46,702 bases of DNA from NCBI GenBank assembly GCA_043788625.1, contig JAYVTR010000147.1, forward strand, positions 1-46,702, given 5' to 3'. The position numbers were made by a program, and so were the translations under genes. This document shows, piece after piece, positions 18,299-28,823 of this stretch (within the stretch, counting starts at the first letter, position 1; every line of letters starts with the position of its first letter). Source of the stretch: Planctomycetota bacterium (lineage in GTDB: Bacteria > Planctomycetota > UBA11346). Below the pieces are notes generated by a model. That model was not told where the DNA came from. It saw only the letters and a program-made list of their open reading frames with translations, and did not search any database.

Positions 18299-18331
18299 AC
18301 CTGTCGGAAGACCGAGTTTTTGACAGGTTTT
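18299..18331 (+). terminator. Putative intrinsic terminator after lepB
   Basis: ACCTGTC...GACAGGT stem extended by G-U pairs, then TTT. Confidence 0.55.
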
Positions 18332-18379
18332 CCACCGTGGAATTATTCGCAGTTGCGAAACCACTTGGCGTTTAAGTAC

Positions 18380-18388
18380 TGGTAAAAT
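18380..18388 (+). promoter_or_regulatory. Extended -10 promoter element
   Basis: TG-G-TAAAAT shortly upstream of the structured element. Confidence 0.45.
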
Positions 18389-18401
18389 GGCTGTCAAATT
18401 C

Positions 18402-18526
18402 CGGTGAATAACTACATAACCACATGAATTAAATGAGCTTAAAAAACGAGCTCAACAACAGTTACTGACCTCATTGCTGAACCCATGTGGATTACGGCTC
18501 ACTCGTAAGGCACTCGTTATTCACCG
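18402..18526 (+). ncRNA. Candidate structured RNA / leader of lptB (unassigned family)
   Basis: Nested complementary blocks CGGTGAATAAC/GTTATTCACCG, CCACATG/CATGTGG and AATGAG/CTCATT, plus internal hairpins. Confidence 0.45.
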
Positions 18527-18550
18527 TATTATCATCGACCTGAGGTTGTT

Positions 18551-19282
18551 ATGTTTGCTGTCAAGGGGCTATCTAAATCGTTCGGTTCACGGCAAGTCGT
18601 TTGCGGCTTTAATCTTTCCGTAGGGCCAGGCGAAGTGGTAGGCTTACTGGGGGCCAACGGCGCCGGAAAAAGCACCACATTCCGCATGGTGGTCGGGCTG
18701 CATACGGCTGACGCCGGCAGTATCACCTTTTTGGAGCGCGACATCACCCGCTTACCGATGCATGAACGGGCACGCATGGGTCTGGGCTACTTGGCACAGG
18801 AGCCGACCATCTTCGCTAGTCTGACGGTGGCCGACAATATCCGTATCATCCTTGAGGAATATTATCCCAAGCCGCAGATCTCAGTGCGACTAGATTCATT
18901 ATTGGGCGAACTTGGATTGGCACATTTGCGCGACAGCCGCGCCAGCGGCCTGTCAGGTGGCGAGCGGCGCCGTTTGGAAATCACCCGTTCGCTGGTGGTC
19001 GAACCGAAACTCCTATTTTTCGATGAACCGTTTGCCGGTGTCGACCCCAAGAGTCGCGGCGATATCGGTTTGATCATCGCCACACTCAAAGCGCGCGGCG
19101 TGGCGGTGCTGATTACCGACCATCATGCCGAGACCATCCTGTCGCTGGTTGATCGTCTGTATGTAATGAAAGCAGGTAGCAATTTCGCTGAAGGCACCCC
19201 ACGCGACATTGTCGCCGACGCGGCAGTACGGCGCGAATACCTGGGTGAGGATTTTGCCTGGCAGCCGGCTGCGGCAGGTTGA
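18551..19282 (+). CDS. lptB: LPS export ABC transporter ATP-binding protein
   Basis: GLLGANGAGKST, LSGGERRRLEI, DEPFAGVDP, LITDH and the VRREYLGEDF C-terminus typical of LptB. Confidence 0.92.
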   Translation: MFAVKGLSKSFGSRQVVCGFNLSVGPGEVVGLLGANGAGKSTTFRMVVGLHTADAGSITFLERDITRLPMHERARMGLGYLAQEPTIFASLTVADNIRIILEEYYPKPQISVRLDSLLGELGLAHLRDSRASGLSGGERRRLEITRSLVVEPKLLFFDEPFAGVDPKSRGDIGLIIATLKARGVAVLITDHHAETILSLVDRLYVMKAGSNFAEGTPRDIVADAAVRREYLGEDFAWQPAAAG

Positions 19283-19289
19283 ACGGCAC

Positions 19290-20234
19290 ATGACCGCCAT
19301 CCCGTTACAACGTTTCCAGGCCATCGTAGGCCCCAGCGTGCGGCTACGCGACGCTCTCCTGGCCGAGGTCCTGACGGGATGGACGGGGCCGGTGCAACGC
19401 CTCATCGAGCCGACCGAATTGGCCACCTTACTATTGGACCTCGACACGCCGTCACTATTCGGCGGCAGTGCCTTATTGGTCATTCGCGCCGATCAGAACT
19501 TTGTCGTCAAGCATGCTGAAGCTCTGCTGGCCCAGCTCGGCCGGCCGATGGCAGCCGGTGCTTTGGTGTTGTTGGCGCCCAAGCTCGACCAACGATCAGC
19601 CTTGGTTAAGGCCCTGATCAAGGCCAAAGCCCTGCATCTTGCGGATGTGCCGGACGCCAAGGTGGTCGTCGACTGGTTGGCAGGGCAAATTGCTGAACAT
19701 CCGCAGGGGGCCGATGATCCGCGGGCGATAGCGCTGTCTCTGGTCGAGCATGTCGGAGCAGACGCCGACGGTTTGCTCGGTGCGATTGAAGTGTTGGCGA
19801 TTTACGCAGGCGAGGAGCCTTTGACCCGTGCCGGAGCTGAGGCTCTTCTGTCAGGCACGGCCGAACGCCCCATTTTTGATCTGACCGGCGCTTTCTTTGA
19901 GGGTAGGTCAAAACGTGCCCTCGAGTTGCTGCATGCCGGTAACGGCGCTGAGCCGGAATTGGTATTGGCTGCTCTGCTCGGTGACCTGCGTCGGCAGATC
20001 GCCTGTAGTGAAACTCCCGATGATGAGGAGGCAGCCAAATGGGTGGGTGCAAAGGGCAGCCTCTATTATGCCCGTAAACGTGCAAAAGAGTTAGGTCGAC
20101 CGACCCTCTTACGGCTTTTCATCGGGGCTCTGCAATGCCAGCGACAACTGCGAACGTCCGGGATTGAGCCCACCATGGCTCTCGAAATGTTCGTGCTTCA
20201 CGCACAGCGTGTGGTTGCGACCGGTCGCCGTTGA
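19290..20234 (+). CDS. holA: DNA polymerase III delta subunit (divergent)
   Basis: LDTPSLFGG, KLDQRS, EVLAIYAGEEPLT, IFDLTGA and the C-terminal LEMFVL pattern. Confidence 0.8.
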   Translation: MTAIPLQRFQAIVGPSVRLRDALLAEVLTGWTGPVQRLIEPTELATLLLDLDTPSLFGGSALLVIRADQNFVVKHAEALLAQLGRPMAAGALVLLAPKLDQRSALVKALIKAKALHLADVPDAKVVVDWLAGQIAEHPQGADDPRAIALSLVEHVGADADGLLGAIEVLAIYAGEEPLTRAGAEALLSGTAERPIFDLTGAFFEGRSKRALELLHAGNGAEPELVLAALLGDLRRQIACSETPDDEEAAKWVGAKGSLYYARKRAKELGRPTLLRLFIGALQCQRQLRTSGIEPTMALEMFVLHAQRVVATGRR

Positions 20235-20321
20235 TTGCTGCTAGAGATCGAAGGCTAAGACTTAGACTTATAAACCTCTGCTGGCACGTTCGCCGGGCAG
20301 GCAGTTGCGCGAGGAATCTTC

Positions 20322-21569
20322 GTGGGCCTGAACGTTTACTTCTGTGATGTCTGTGGTGTTCGTGTCACAGATGTCGATCTCCGCTCTGGTCACGGCATGC
20401 TCCGTGGTCAGGACGTGATCTGTGCTACGTGCCTGGAAATGGGCCATGGTAAGGAATGGCTAGCGGCGCGCGGGGGTGATGTGGCGCGGGTGGGTGCGGT
20501 GTCAGCGCCAGCGGTAAATGGCGGCGCCCAGGCAGCCGCCGACAATGCCAATTATAAAAAGCTCGTCGACCATGCCCGTGATCGTGCCGTCACCGTTCCC
20601 AATGAACACGACGTTGATTCGCACATGGCACATGAGCCACATCCGCAAGACTCCGCGCATGTGCGCCAATTGGACCACGAAGACACCGGCTTAGTGGATT
20701 CGATTCCCGCCGAGTTCTCTGGAGCTGCCGTCAGTTTTGCCGCTTTGACCCGGTCGCCTACGCACGGCGGCACGAGTGGATCGACTGGTGACGTGGCTGA
20801 AGATATCTCAGATGAAATCGATCCTTTGTTGTTCGTTTCGGCGTCGCCAGTAACCCTGCACGCGAACGACGAGCACCTTGCGTCGCCATATATAGAAAAA
20901 CCGCCAGAAGATGACGACTCTTCGGCGCTCATAAATGTCGCTAAGAATATGTCTTCCGGGCGTAACAAGTCGTCCTCATCTGACGCCAAGGGGCGTGACA
21001 GCACGCGCAAATCAGCTGCATCATCGTCACGCGTGGGCAAGCTCGGTTCACCCTCGGCAGCCAGCAAAAAATCATCATCAAATGCGCAAAATACACCGGT
21101 AAAAGCCAGCAGTAGCAGCAGTAAAATCGGCAAACCCAAGACCGGACGTTCGGGAAAACGCAGTGTGGTGGGTGGCATGCCCATGCAGCTAAAGATCGCC
21201 CTCATCACCGTGCCATTGATCTTGCTGATTGCCGTAGTGATGATGGTTAGCCGCGCTGGCGGGGCGGGAAAAGCGGGCGAATCCAAAGACCTCAAAGTCC
21301 AGCAGGCGCACATTTTGCATAATTTTAGCGAAGCTCAACGCTTGGTGAATGATGCCTGGATAAGTAAAGATGTGCAGCAGATGAAGGCCGCGGATGCGCG
21401 CTGGAAGCAGTTCATGCTCGAGTGGGATCAGTTTTCGACGGACGTGAAAAAATACAGTCATTGGACAGACGAGAATTGTTTCGACTATTGGGAAGGCCTG
21501 CATGCGCCAGATGTCAATAGTCGCACGCGCCTCCTACGTGATGAAATCAGCAAACAAACACCCCACTAA
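20322..21569 (+). CDS. Bitopic membrane protein with N-terminal CxxC...CxxC Zn finger and long disordered linker
   Basis: YFCDVC-X22-CATC, acidic then Ser/Lys-rich region, a single TM (IALITVPLILLIAVVMMV) and a helical C-terminal domain. SD GAGG before GTG. Confidence 0.75.
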   Translation: MGLNVYFCDVCGVRVTDVDLRSGHGMLRGQDVICATCLEMGHGKEWLAARGGDVARVGAVSAPAVNGGAQAAADNANYKKLVDHARDRAVTVPNEHDVDSHMAHEPHPQDSAHVRQLDHEDTGLVDSIPAEFSGAAVSFAALTRSPTHGGTSGSTGDVAEDISDEIDPLLFVSASPVTLHANDEHLASPYIEKPPEDDDSSALINVAKNMSSGRNKSSSSDAKGRDSTRKSAASSSRVGKLGSPSAASKKSSSNAQNTPVKASSSSSKIGKPKTGRSGKRSVVGGMPMQLKIALITVPLILLIAVVMMVSRAGGAGKAGESKDLKVQQAHILHNFSEAQRLVNDAWISKDVQQMKAADARWKQFMLEWDQFSTDVKKYSHWTDENCFDYWEGLHAPDVNSRTRLLRDEISKQTPH

Positions 21570-22812
21570 ATCGCATTCTCAATCCGCCTCCGGCGGTGCC
21601 CGGGTCTTGGCCCTGCGCGCCCTCCGGGCGTGGGCCGATGGTGCTTCGCATACGGTTGCCGAAGCCATCGATGCCCTGCGCGTCAGCGGTCCTGACGCGG
21701 CCTTGGCGCGCGAGCTGGCCCTGGGCGCCATGGCCCAACGCCGCTTGTACGACCATCTCTGCGATCGCTTCCTGCGTCCGGGGCGCCAAAGTGATACGTT
21801 GCGAGATTGCCTGCGCATTTTGGCACATCAGCTGTTCGCTCTCGATCGCATCCCACCGCATGCGGCAGTCGGCGAAAGCGTGCAGGCCCTGCGTGTCATG
21901 GGCGAGCCGCTGCTAACCGGTGTGGCCAATGCGGTGGGCCGTAGACTGGCGGCATTGCGACAAGACGAACGCCATGGCGAAGGCCCCTTGGGGCGGCTGG
22001 CTGAGGCCGATATTCCGCAGTCGGTAGGCGTGCGTTACAGCCTGCCCGATGATTTGGTCAACGACCTGCGGCCAGTTCTGCCTCACGAAGACAGCGATGC
22101 CTGCTTTGCTGCACTGAATCATCTGCCGCCCCTGTGCACGCGCACGCGCCCAGGCTGCTCGCCCCTACCCGGCAAACCATTGCGTACCGACGGTGAATGG
22201 ACGTGGTGGGAAGATCCCGCCGAAGCCCTGGCCTTGGTCGCTGATGGCCGCTGCACCGTCCAAGACCGGGCACAGGGCGAGGTCGCTGAAATCTGCCGCA
22301 TCCGCCCAGGCGAACGAGTGCTTGATTTGTGCGCCGCGCCTGGTGGTAAGGGCCGTGCATTGCTCGACCTGCATGGCGAGGTGATGCTCGCCGATGCCAG
22401 CTTGGCAAAGGTCCAGGACATGGCCAAAGATGCCGATTTCAAACGTCGTTTGATCGTGCAAGACGGCTTCAAGCCGGCTTTCGCGCACGGCTCATTTGAT
22501 TGCGTGGTCGTTGATGCGCCCTGTTCCAATAGTGGCGTGTTGGCGCGGCGCCCCGAGGCACGGTGGCGTTATGACCATGCGCACCTGACGGCTTTGCAGA
22601 AGATCCAGACACGCCTGATCCGCAGCGCCGCCAACTTAGTCGCCGCCGACGGCCGCTTGGTTTATGCGACGTGTAGTCTCAGCCCGCGCGAAAACCAGGC
22701 GATCACCCATCGACTTGATGGCTGGCGCATCTTGGCTGAACGCGTGTCGTGGCCCGATGCCTGGCAGCTGGGTGGCTATGCCTGCTTACTGGTGCGTAGT
22801 TCCGCCTCGTAG
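21541..22812 (+). CDS. rsmB: 16S rRNA m5C methyltransferase RsmB/Sun (NusB-like + MTase domains)
   Basis: IPPHAAVGESV, LDLCAAPGGK, VDAPCS, YATCS. Start uncertain (overlaps the upstream gene). Confidence 0.85.
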   Translation: MKSANKHPTKSHSQSASGGARVLALRALRAWADGASHTVAEAIDALRVSGPDAALARELALGAMAQRRLYDHLCDRFLRPGRQSDTLRDCLRILAHQLFALDRIPPHAAVGESVQALRVMGEPLLTGVANAVGRRLAALRQDERHGEGPLGRLAEADIPQSVGVRYSLPDDLVNDLRPVLPHEDSDACFAALNHLPPLCTRTRPGCSPLPGKPLRTDGEWTWWEDPAEALALVADGRCTVQDRAQGEVAEICRIRPGERVLDLCAAPGGKGRALLDLHGEVMLADASLAKVQDMAKDADFKRRLIVQDGFKPAFAHGSFDCVVVDAPCSNSGVLARRPEARWRYDHAHLTALQKIQTRLIRSAANLVAADGRLVYATCSLSPRENQAITHRLDGWRILAERVSWPDAWQLGGYACLLVRSSAS

Positions 22813-22863
22813 GCCCATGCGCGGTTTAGTTAAGCCATCACGGCCATCATCTATGCGCATTGA

Positions 22864-24066
<1,203 letters not shown>

Positions 24067-24100
24067 ACGCCCAAGCGTTCGTCTGATCTCAGCTTGTTAG

Positions 24101-24137
24101 AAAGCCCCACGGGACCTAGGTCCCGTGGGGCTTTTTT
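24101..24137 (+). terminator. Intrinsic terminator after gap
   Basis: AAAGCCCCACGGGAC-CTAG-GTCCCGTGGGGCTTT followed by TTT. Confidence 0.92.
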
Positions 24138-24216
24138 ATGATATCCACGCGTATGATAGTTGTTCTTCCGCTGGTCAAGCGGTGGCGCGCGCGTGGCAAG
24201 TTGCCAGAATGTGCCC

Positions 24217-24981
24217 ATGAAATTGATCGTTACTGATGATCGCGAAGCCGCGGGCAAGCTGTTGGCTGAAAAATTGGCGGCATCGATTACTGATAATCCG
24301 CGCCTGGTGCTGGGCCTATCGGCTGGCTCGACCAGTCTGCTGGCTTATCGCGAACTGGTGCATCACTGGCACGAGCAGGGCGGTTTCAGCTTCAACAATG
24401 TCGAAGTCTTTTCATGTGACGAGTATGGCGGGGTGCGGCCGGAGGATCATCGCTCCACCCGTTTTATGCTCAACTACCACCTCTTTCGCCAAGTTGATAT
24501 CCCGCGTGAAAACACCCATGTTCCGCGTGGCGATGCGCGTGATCTGGAACTGGAGTGCAAGGCCTATGACCTGCTGATCGAGGCGCGTGGTGGCTTGGAC
24601 CTGGTGGTGCTCGGCTTGGGTCACAATGGTCACCTCGGTCTCAATGAACCGGGAAGCTCAATCAAAAGCCGTACCCGTCTGGTGGATCTCACACCGTCGA
24701 CGATCGCTGCCATCAGCGGTGGCGAGCGGTTCAAAAATTTGCAAGACACCCCCAGCCAGGCCATCACCATGGGCTTGGGGCCGATCCTCGATGCCAAACG
24801 GGTGCTGTTGATCGCCTGCGGTCTGGGTAAGGCCGAAGCCGTGCGGCGCATGGTCGAAGGCCGGGTCGGCCCAGGCATGCCGGCAAGCCTCCTGACCACT
24901 CATCCTAACCTCACCGTGATCACCGATACCGATGCCAGCGGGCAGCTTGATGCCGCGATCATTGCCCGTTTGTCGGCCTGA
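24217..24981 (+). CDS. nagB: Glucosamine-6-phosphate deaminase
   Basis: VLGLSAGST, DEY, GGLDLVVLGLGHNGHLGLNEPG, AITMG, PASLL. Confidence 0.9.
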   Translation: MKLIVTDDREAAGKLLAEKLAASITDNPRLVLGLSAGSTSLLAYRELVHHWHEQGGFSFNNVEVFSCDEYGGVRPEDHRSTRFMLNYHLFRQVDIPRENTHVPRGDARDLELECKAYDLLIEARGGLDLVVLGLGHNGHLGLNEPGSSIKSRTRLVDLTPSTIAAISGGERFKNLQDTPSQAITMGLGPILDAKRVLLIACGLGKAEAVRRMVEGRVGPGMPASLLTTHPNLTVITDTDASGQLDAAIIARLSA

Positions 24982-24985
24982 TCCC

Positions 24986-26908
24986 ATGTCTGCTGTCACC
25001 GATAGTTCACTACTGCCGATCCAACGTAGTGCCTGCATCCTTTCGTTTGCGACTGTGGTCGCCGGCATCGGCGCAAAGTCTGAATTGGTCGATGCGGCGC
25101 GGCAGGTAAGCAAGCGCCCTGACAATGTCCTGGGCATGCTGTTGCGGGCCCTGACCCGTGAAGAAATTGCCGTCCTTGAAGATCGCGGCTGTCGCTGCGA
25201 CGATTGGACGCTGCTGCGTGTGGCCCAGGATTTCGATGCCTTCCGCGTGCGCCGGGTGAACTTCAAAGGCGCCTGTGTGCTCGGGCGATTTACTGGTGAG
25301 GTCGAGGTCATACCCGGCTTCCGCCAAGCCACCGGCATCTACGACTGCACGCTCAGCAATTGCCAGGTGGGCAATGACTGCTTGCTCGAGAATGTCCGTT
25401 TGGCGGCGCATGTGGTGATTGATCGCGAAGCCGTGCTGTTCGGCGTCGGTTCGATTGTGTGCTCGGGTGCGGCCGTCTTTGGATGCGGTGGCGAATTGCC
25501 GATCGCTTGTGAGACCGGTGGCCGCGAAGTGCCCGTGTGGGCCGAGCTGACCATTCCCGATGCCGCCCTGATCGCCCGCGAGCGCGGCAACCATGCCGGA
25601 CAGCAGGCAGTGCGCGAGGCGGTGGCAGCCTATACGCAAAGCATCACCAGTCCGGTGTGCTGGGTCCGGCGCACGGCGCGGATCCTGCATACCGAACGCA
25701 TCCGCGACGCCTTCATCGGCGTCGGGGCGGTGATCGACAACGTCCACGAGCTGACCAATGTCGCCGTGCTGTCGTCATCCGATGAGCCGACGCGCATTAC
25801 CAACGGGGCTGCGGTAACTGATGCGGTGGTGCAATGGGGGGTTGAGGTGGGCGGTAACTGCATCGTGCGCCGGAGCGCCTTGCTTGAGCACAGTGCGGTG
25901 GATGCCCACGCCACGGTAGAAGATTCGATCATCGGCCCCAATACCCATATCGCCAAGGGCGAGGTCACGGCGTCGTTGGTAGGGCCGTTTGTCGGCTTCC
26001 ATCACCAATCGTTGTTGATCGCCGCCTTCTGGCCCGAAGGCAAAGGCAACATCGCCTATGGCGCGATGGTCGGCAGTAATCACACCGGACGCGCGCCTGA
26101 CCAGGAAATCTGGCCCGGTGAAGGAGTGTTCTATGGCTTGGGATGCGCCATCCGCCTGCCTACCGATTTCAGCGAGGCACCCTACAGCACGGTAAGCATG
26201 GGCGTCTCGACGCTGCCGCAAAAGGTACGTTTCCCATTCAGTCTCATCTCGATTCCGGTTGATCCGTTGGACGAGAACGCCTCTGGTGTGCCACGTGCGT
26301 ACAACGAGATCCTGCCCGGTTGGACCTTGGGCGAAAATGCGTATGGATTGGTGCGCAACGAATTGAAGTACGGCAAGCGCGATAAATCGCGGCGCCATTG
26401 CATCGACTACAAAGTGCTGCGACCGCACATCATGCGACTGGTAAAGGATGCACGCGATCGCCTGGCGGCGGTGACCACCATCAAGGTCGCTTATCTTGAA
26501 ATCGATATCCCAGGCTTGGGCCGCAATTTCCTGCGCGAATCGGCACGTCTCGATGCCATCCGCGTCTATGATCGGGCGCTGGTGCGCTACGCGCTGCGCT
26601 TGCTGTTGAACGAAGCCGAAGGGCGTCTCGACATTCCGGGGTCGGCGGAAATCGCCCATGAGCTGGCTGACGCCATCCTTCCCGGCATGACCCTGCACGA
26701 CCGTTTACAGCGTCTGGTCGAGATCGAACGCGAGAACGCCGAGCTGGTGCAAAAATCCAAGGTTAAGGATGATGAGCGCGGGGCGCGCATCATTCCAGGC
26801 TATAGCGATGCCCACACTCCGGCGGCCGATGATGCGGTGGTCAAAAGCGCATGGGAACGCGTTGCCCGCACCACCGAACGCGTCCGCGCTTTGGCAGTCA
26901 ACATTTAA
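24986..26908 (+). CDS. DUF4954-like protein with left-handed beta-helix repeats
   Basis: RALTREEIAVLEDRGCRCDDW, ETGGREV, hexapeptide-like repeats, GPFVGFHHQSLLI, GSNHTGRAPD. Confidence 0.75.
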   Translation: MSAVTDSSLLPIQRSACILSFATVVAGIGAKSELVDAARQVSKRPDNVLGMLLRALTREEIAVLEDRGCRCDDWTLLRVAQDFDAFRVRRVNFKGACVLGRFTGEVEVIPGFRQATGIYDCTLSNCQVGNDCLLENVRLAAHVVIDREAVLFGVGSIVCSGAAVFGCGGELPIACETGGREVPVWAELTIPDAALIARERGNHAGQQAVREAVAAYTQSITSPVCWVRRTARILHTERIRDAFIGVGAVIDNVHELTNVAVLSSSDEPTRITNGAAVTDAVVQWGVEVGGNCIVRRSALLEHSAVDAHATVEDSIIGPNTHIAKGEVTASLVGPFVGFHHQSLLIAAFWPEGKGNIAYGAMVGSNHTGRAPDQEIWPGEGVFYGLGCAIRLPTDFSEAPYSTVSMGVSTLPQKVRFPFSLISIPVDPLDENASGVPRAYNEILPGWTLGENAYGLVRNELKYGKRDKSRRHCIDYKVLRPHIMRLVKDARDRLAAVTTIKVAYLEIDIPGLGRNFLRESARLDAIRVYDRALVRYALRLLLNEAEGRLDIPGSAEIAHELADAILPGMTLHDRLQRLVEIERENAELVQKSKVKDDERGARIIPGYSDAHTPAADDAVVKSAWERVARTTERVRALAVNI

Positions 26909-26954
26909 AACCCCCGACCTTCGCTTTACGAAAGCGAAGGTCGGAGGTGATTTT
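26907..26954. terminator. Bidirectional intrinsic terminator
   Basis: 14-bp stem CCGACCTTCGCTTT-ACG-AAAGCGAAGGTCGG flanked by AAAA and TTTT, between convergent genes. Confidence 0.88.
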
Positions 26955-27989
26955 CTAACCGATCTTCACCGGTTCGCCGCGTGCAGCACTGGCGTAGACG
27001 GCGTCGAGGATTTCCATCACCAACAGCCCTTCTTCGCCGGTGGCGGTGTGCGGGGTGTTGTTGCGGATGGCGTCGATGAAGTGGTCGTACGCCGACTTCA
27101 CCGCCGGGATCGGGGCGTGCGGGCTGAGGTCGTATTGCACGCCGGCCTTTTCAACGTGGATGGTCGAGGAGAAATCATAACCCTCGCCGACATTGTTCTG
27201 GATCAGGCCGCCCTCGGTACCATAGAGACGCGTCTCCATGAATTCATTGGGGCCTTGGTTGACTGCCCACGAGGCTTCGAGGTCGAGCATCGCCCCATCG
27301 GCAAAGCGGATCATGGCGAAGGCGCTGTCTTCGACGTCATAGGCCTTGCCCTGCTCCTTGGCCTTGCGCGTGGCGATCGGCGAAAAGGTATTGGCCAAGA
27401 CCCACTGCGGACGCGGGTGGCCCATGAGCCACAAGGCCAGATCTAAGCGGTGAACGCCCAAATCGATCAACGGTCCGCCGCCGGAAAGTTTCTTTTGTCC
27501 GAACCAGCCGCCGAAACCGGGCATGCCGCGCCGACGATGCCACACCGTGCGACCCGCGTAGATCGAACCCAGCACGCCAGCGTCAACCTGTTGCTTGAGG
27601 AAGTAGGTCGCCGTTGAGAAGCGATAACTGAAATTGATCATCAACCGACGATCGGCTTTCTTCGCCGCCGCTAGCATGTTCCGGCCTTCTTCAGCATTCA
27701 TCGCCATCGGCTTTTCGCACAGCACGTGGGCGCCGGCTTCGAAAGCCTGGATCGCCAAGGGCGCGTGCAGGGAATTGGGCGTGGCGATCGACACGACGTC
27801 GGGCTTTTCAGTCCGCAGCATTTCAGTGACATCGGCGTAGGCCTTGCAGCCGTATTCCTTGACCGCTTCGGCGCAGCGTTTGGCATCGAGGTCGACGACC
27901 GCCACTAAGGTGGCATCAGGATTTTCGTGATAGGCTTTGGCGTGACCTCGGCCCATGCCGAGGCCGATGACGGCGCATTTGAGCGTCAT
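26955..27989 (-). CDS. Gfo/Idh/MocA family oxidoreductase
   Basis: AVIGLGMG, IATPNSLH, CEKPMA, GGGPLIDLGVH. Confidence 0.95.
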   Translation of the reverse strand: MTLKCAVIGLGMGRGHAKAYHENPDATLVAVVDLDAKRCAEAVKEYGCKAYADVTEMLRTEKPDVVSIATPNSLHAPLAIQAFEAGAHVLCEKPMAMNAEEGRNMLAAAKKADRRLMINFSYRFSTATYFLKQQVDAGVLGSIYAGRTVWHRRRGMPGFGGWFGQKKLSGGGPLIDLGVHRLDLALWLMGHPRPQWVLANTFSPIATRKAKEQGKAYDVEDSAFAMIRFADGAMLDLEASWAVNQGPNEFMETRLYGTEGGLIQNNVGEGYDFSSTIHVEKAGVQYDLSPHAPIPAVKSAYDHFIDAIRNNTPHTATGEEGLLVMEILDAVYASAARGEPVKIG

Positions 27990-28017
27990 GGCAGAGATTC
28001 CGTAGATAAAGGGGGAG

Positions 28018-28046
28018 CGCCCGTCCCGCGCAATGCGGGACGGGCG
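28018..28046. other. Intra-operon GC hairpin (mRNA stabiliser/REP-like)
   Basis: CGCCCGTCCCGC-GCAAT-GCGGGACGGGCG. Confidence 0.55.
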
Positions 28047-28067
28047 AAAGCAACACCAGGCTCTCGG

Positions 28068-28823
28068 TCAGTGGACCGAGGCGCCCTTTTCAACCAATGG
28101 CTCCAGCGAGGCGCTGACGCCACGATTCGGGCAGCCCCAGGCGAACGTGCCTTCGGGTTTGGCCCACTTCACGGCGTTGGCCATGACCAGCTGCACATTC
28201 TTGTCGTGATAGGTGGGGTAGGTTTCGTGGCCAGGGCGGAAGTAGAAAATCTTGCCTGCGCCACGGCGGTAGGTGACGCCCGAACGGAAGGCTTCGCCGC
28301 CCTGGAACCACGACAGCAACACCACTTCATCGGGGTTGGGGATGCCAAACGGCTCGCCGTACATTTCTTCTTCAGGCAGTTCGAAATAAGTACCCAGGCC
28401 CTGGACGATGGCGTGGCCGGGGTTGCACACCCACAGGCGTTCCTTTTCACCAGCTTCACGCCATACGAGATCGCAATTGGTACCGAGCAGACGCTTGAAG
28501 ATCTTCGCATGGTGGCCCGAATGCAGGACGATCAGGCCCATCCCTTCGAGTACGCGTTTTTGTACCCGATCGACAATCAGGTCATCGACCTTGCCATGCG
28601 CGGCATGACCCCACCAGGTGAGGACATCGGTATTGGCGAGGACCGCATCGGTCAGGCCGTGTTCGGGCTGGTCGAGGGTGGCGGTGGTGGCCTTAATACC
28701 CGGATTGGTATTCAGCGCATCAGCGATGCAGCCGTGCATACCTTTGGGGTAGATGTCGGAAACGGCCTTATGAGTTTTTTCATGGACGTTCTCGCCCCAG
28801 ACAGTGACGCGAATAGCAGACAT
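28068..28823 (-). CDS. thuA: ThuA (trehalose utilisation) family protein
   Basis: [48 protein letters not shown]. Confidence 0.93.
   Translation of the reverse strand: MSAIRVTVWGENVHEKTHKAVSDIYPKGMHGCIADALNTNPGIKATTATLDQPEHGLTDAVLANTDVLTWWGHAAHGKVDDLIVDRVQKRVLEGMGLIVLHSGHHAKIFKRLLGTNCDLVWREAGEKERLWVCNPGHAIVQGLGTYFELPEEEMYGEPFGIPNPDEVVLLSWFQGGEAFRSGVTYRRGAGKIFYFRPGHETYPTYHDKNVQLVMANAVKWAKPEGTFAWGCPNRGVSASLEPLVEKGASVH

Noticed and set aside
18476-18512. Resemblance to c-di-AMP (ydaO) riboswitch words GCTGAA and CTCGTAAG
   Set aside because: The order and spacing are wrong and the conserved GGGG blocks are absent; kept only as an unassigned structured element.
20282-20308. TGGCACG sigma-54 -24-like box before the Zn-finger gene
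   Set aside because: No GC/TTGC at the required -12 spacing.
20552-21313. 253-aa minus-strand ORF with poly-Leu/Asp runs
   Set aside because: It mirrors the Ser-rich low-complexity region of the plus-strand gene.
24101-24134. Perfect 34-bp palindrome as a mobile or recombination site
   Set aside because: Its position after gap and the U-tract explain it as a terminator; no second copy was seen in the window.
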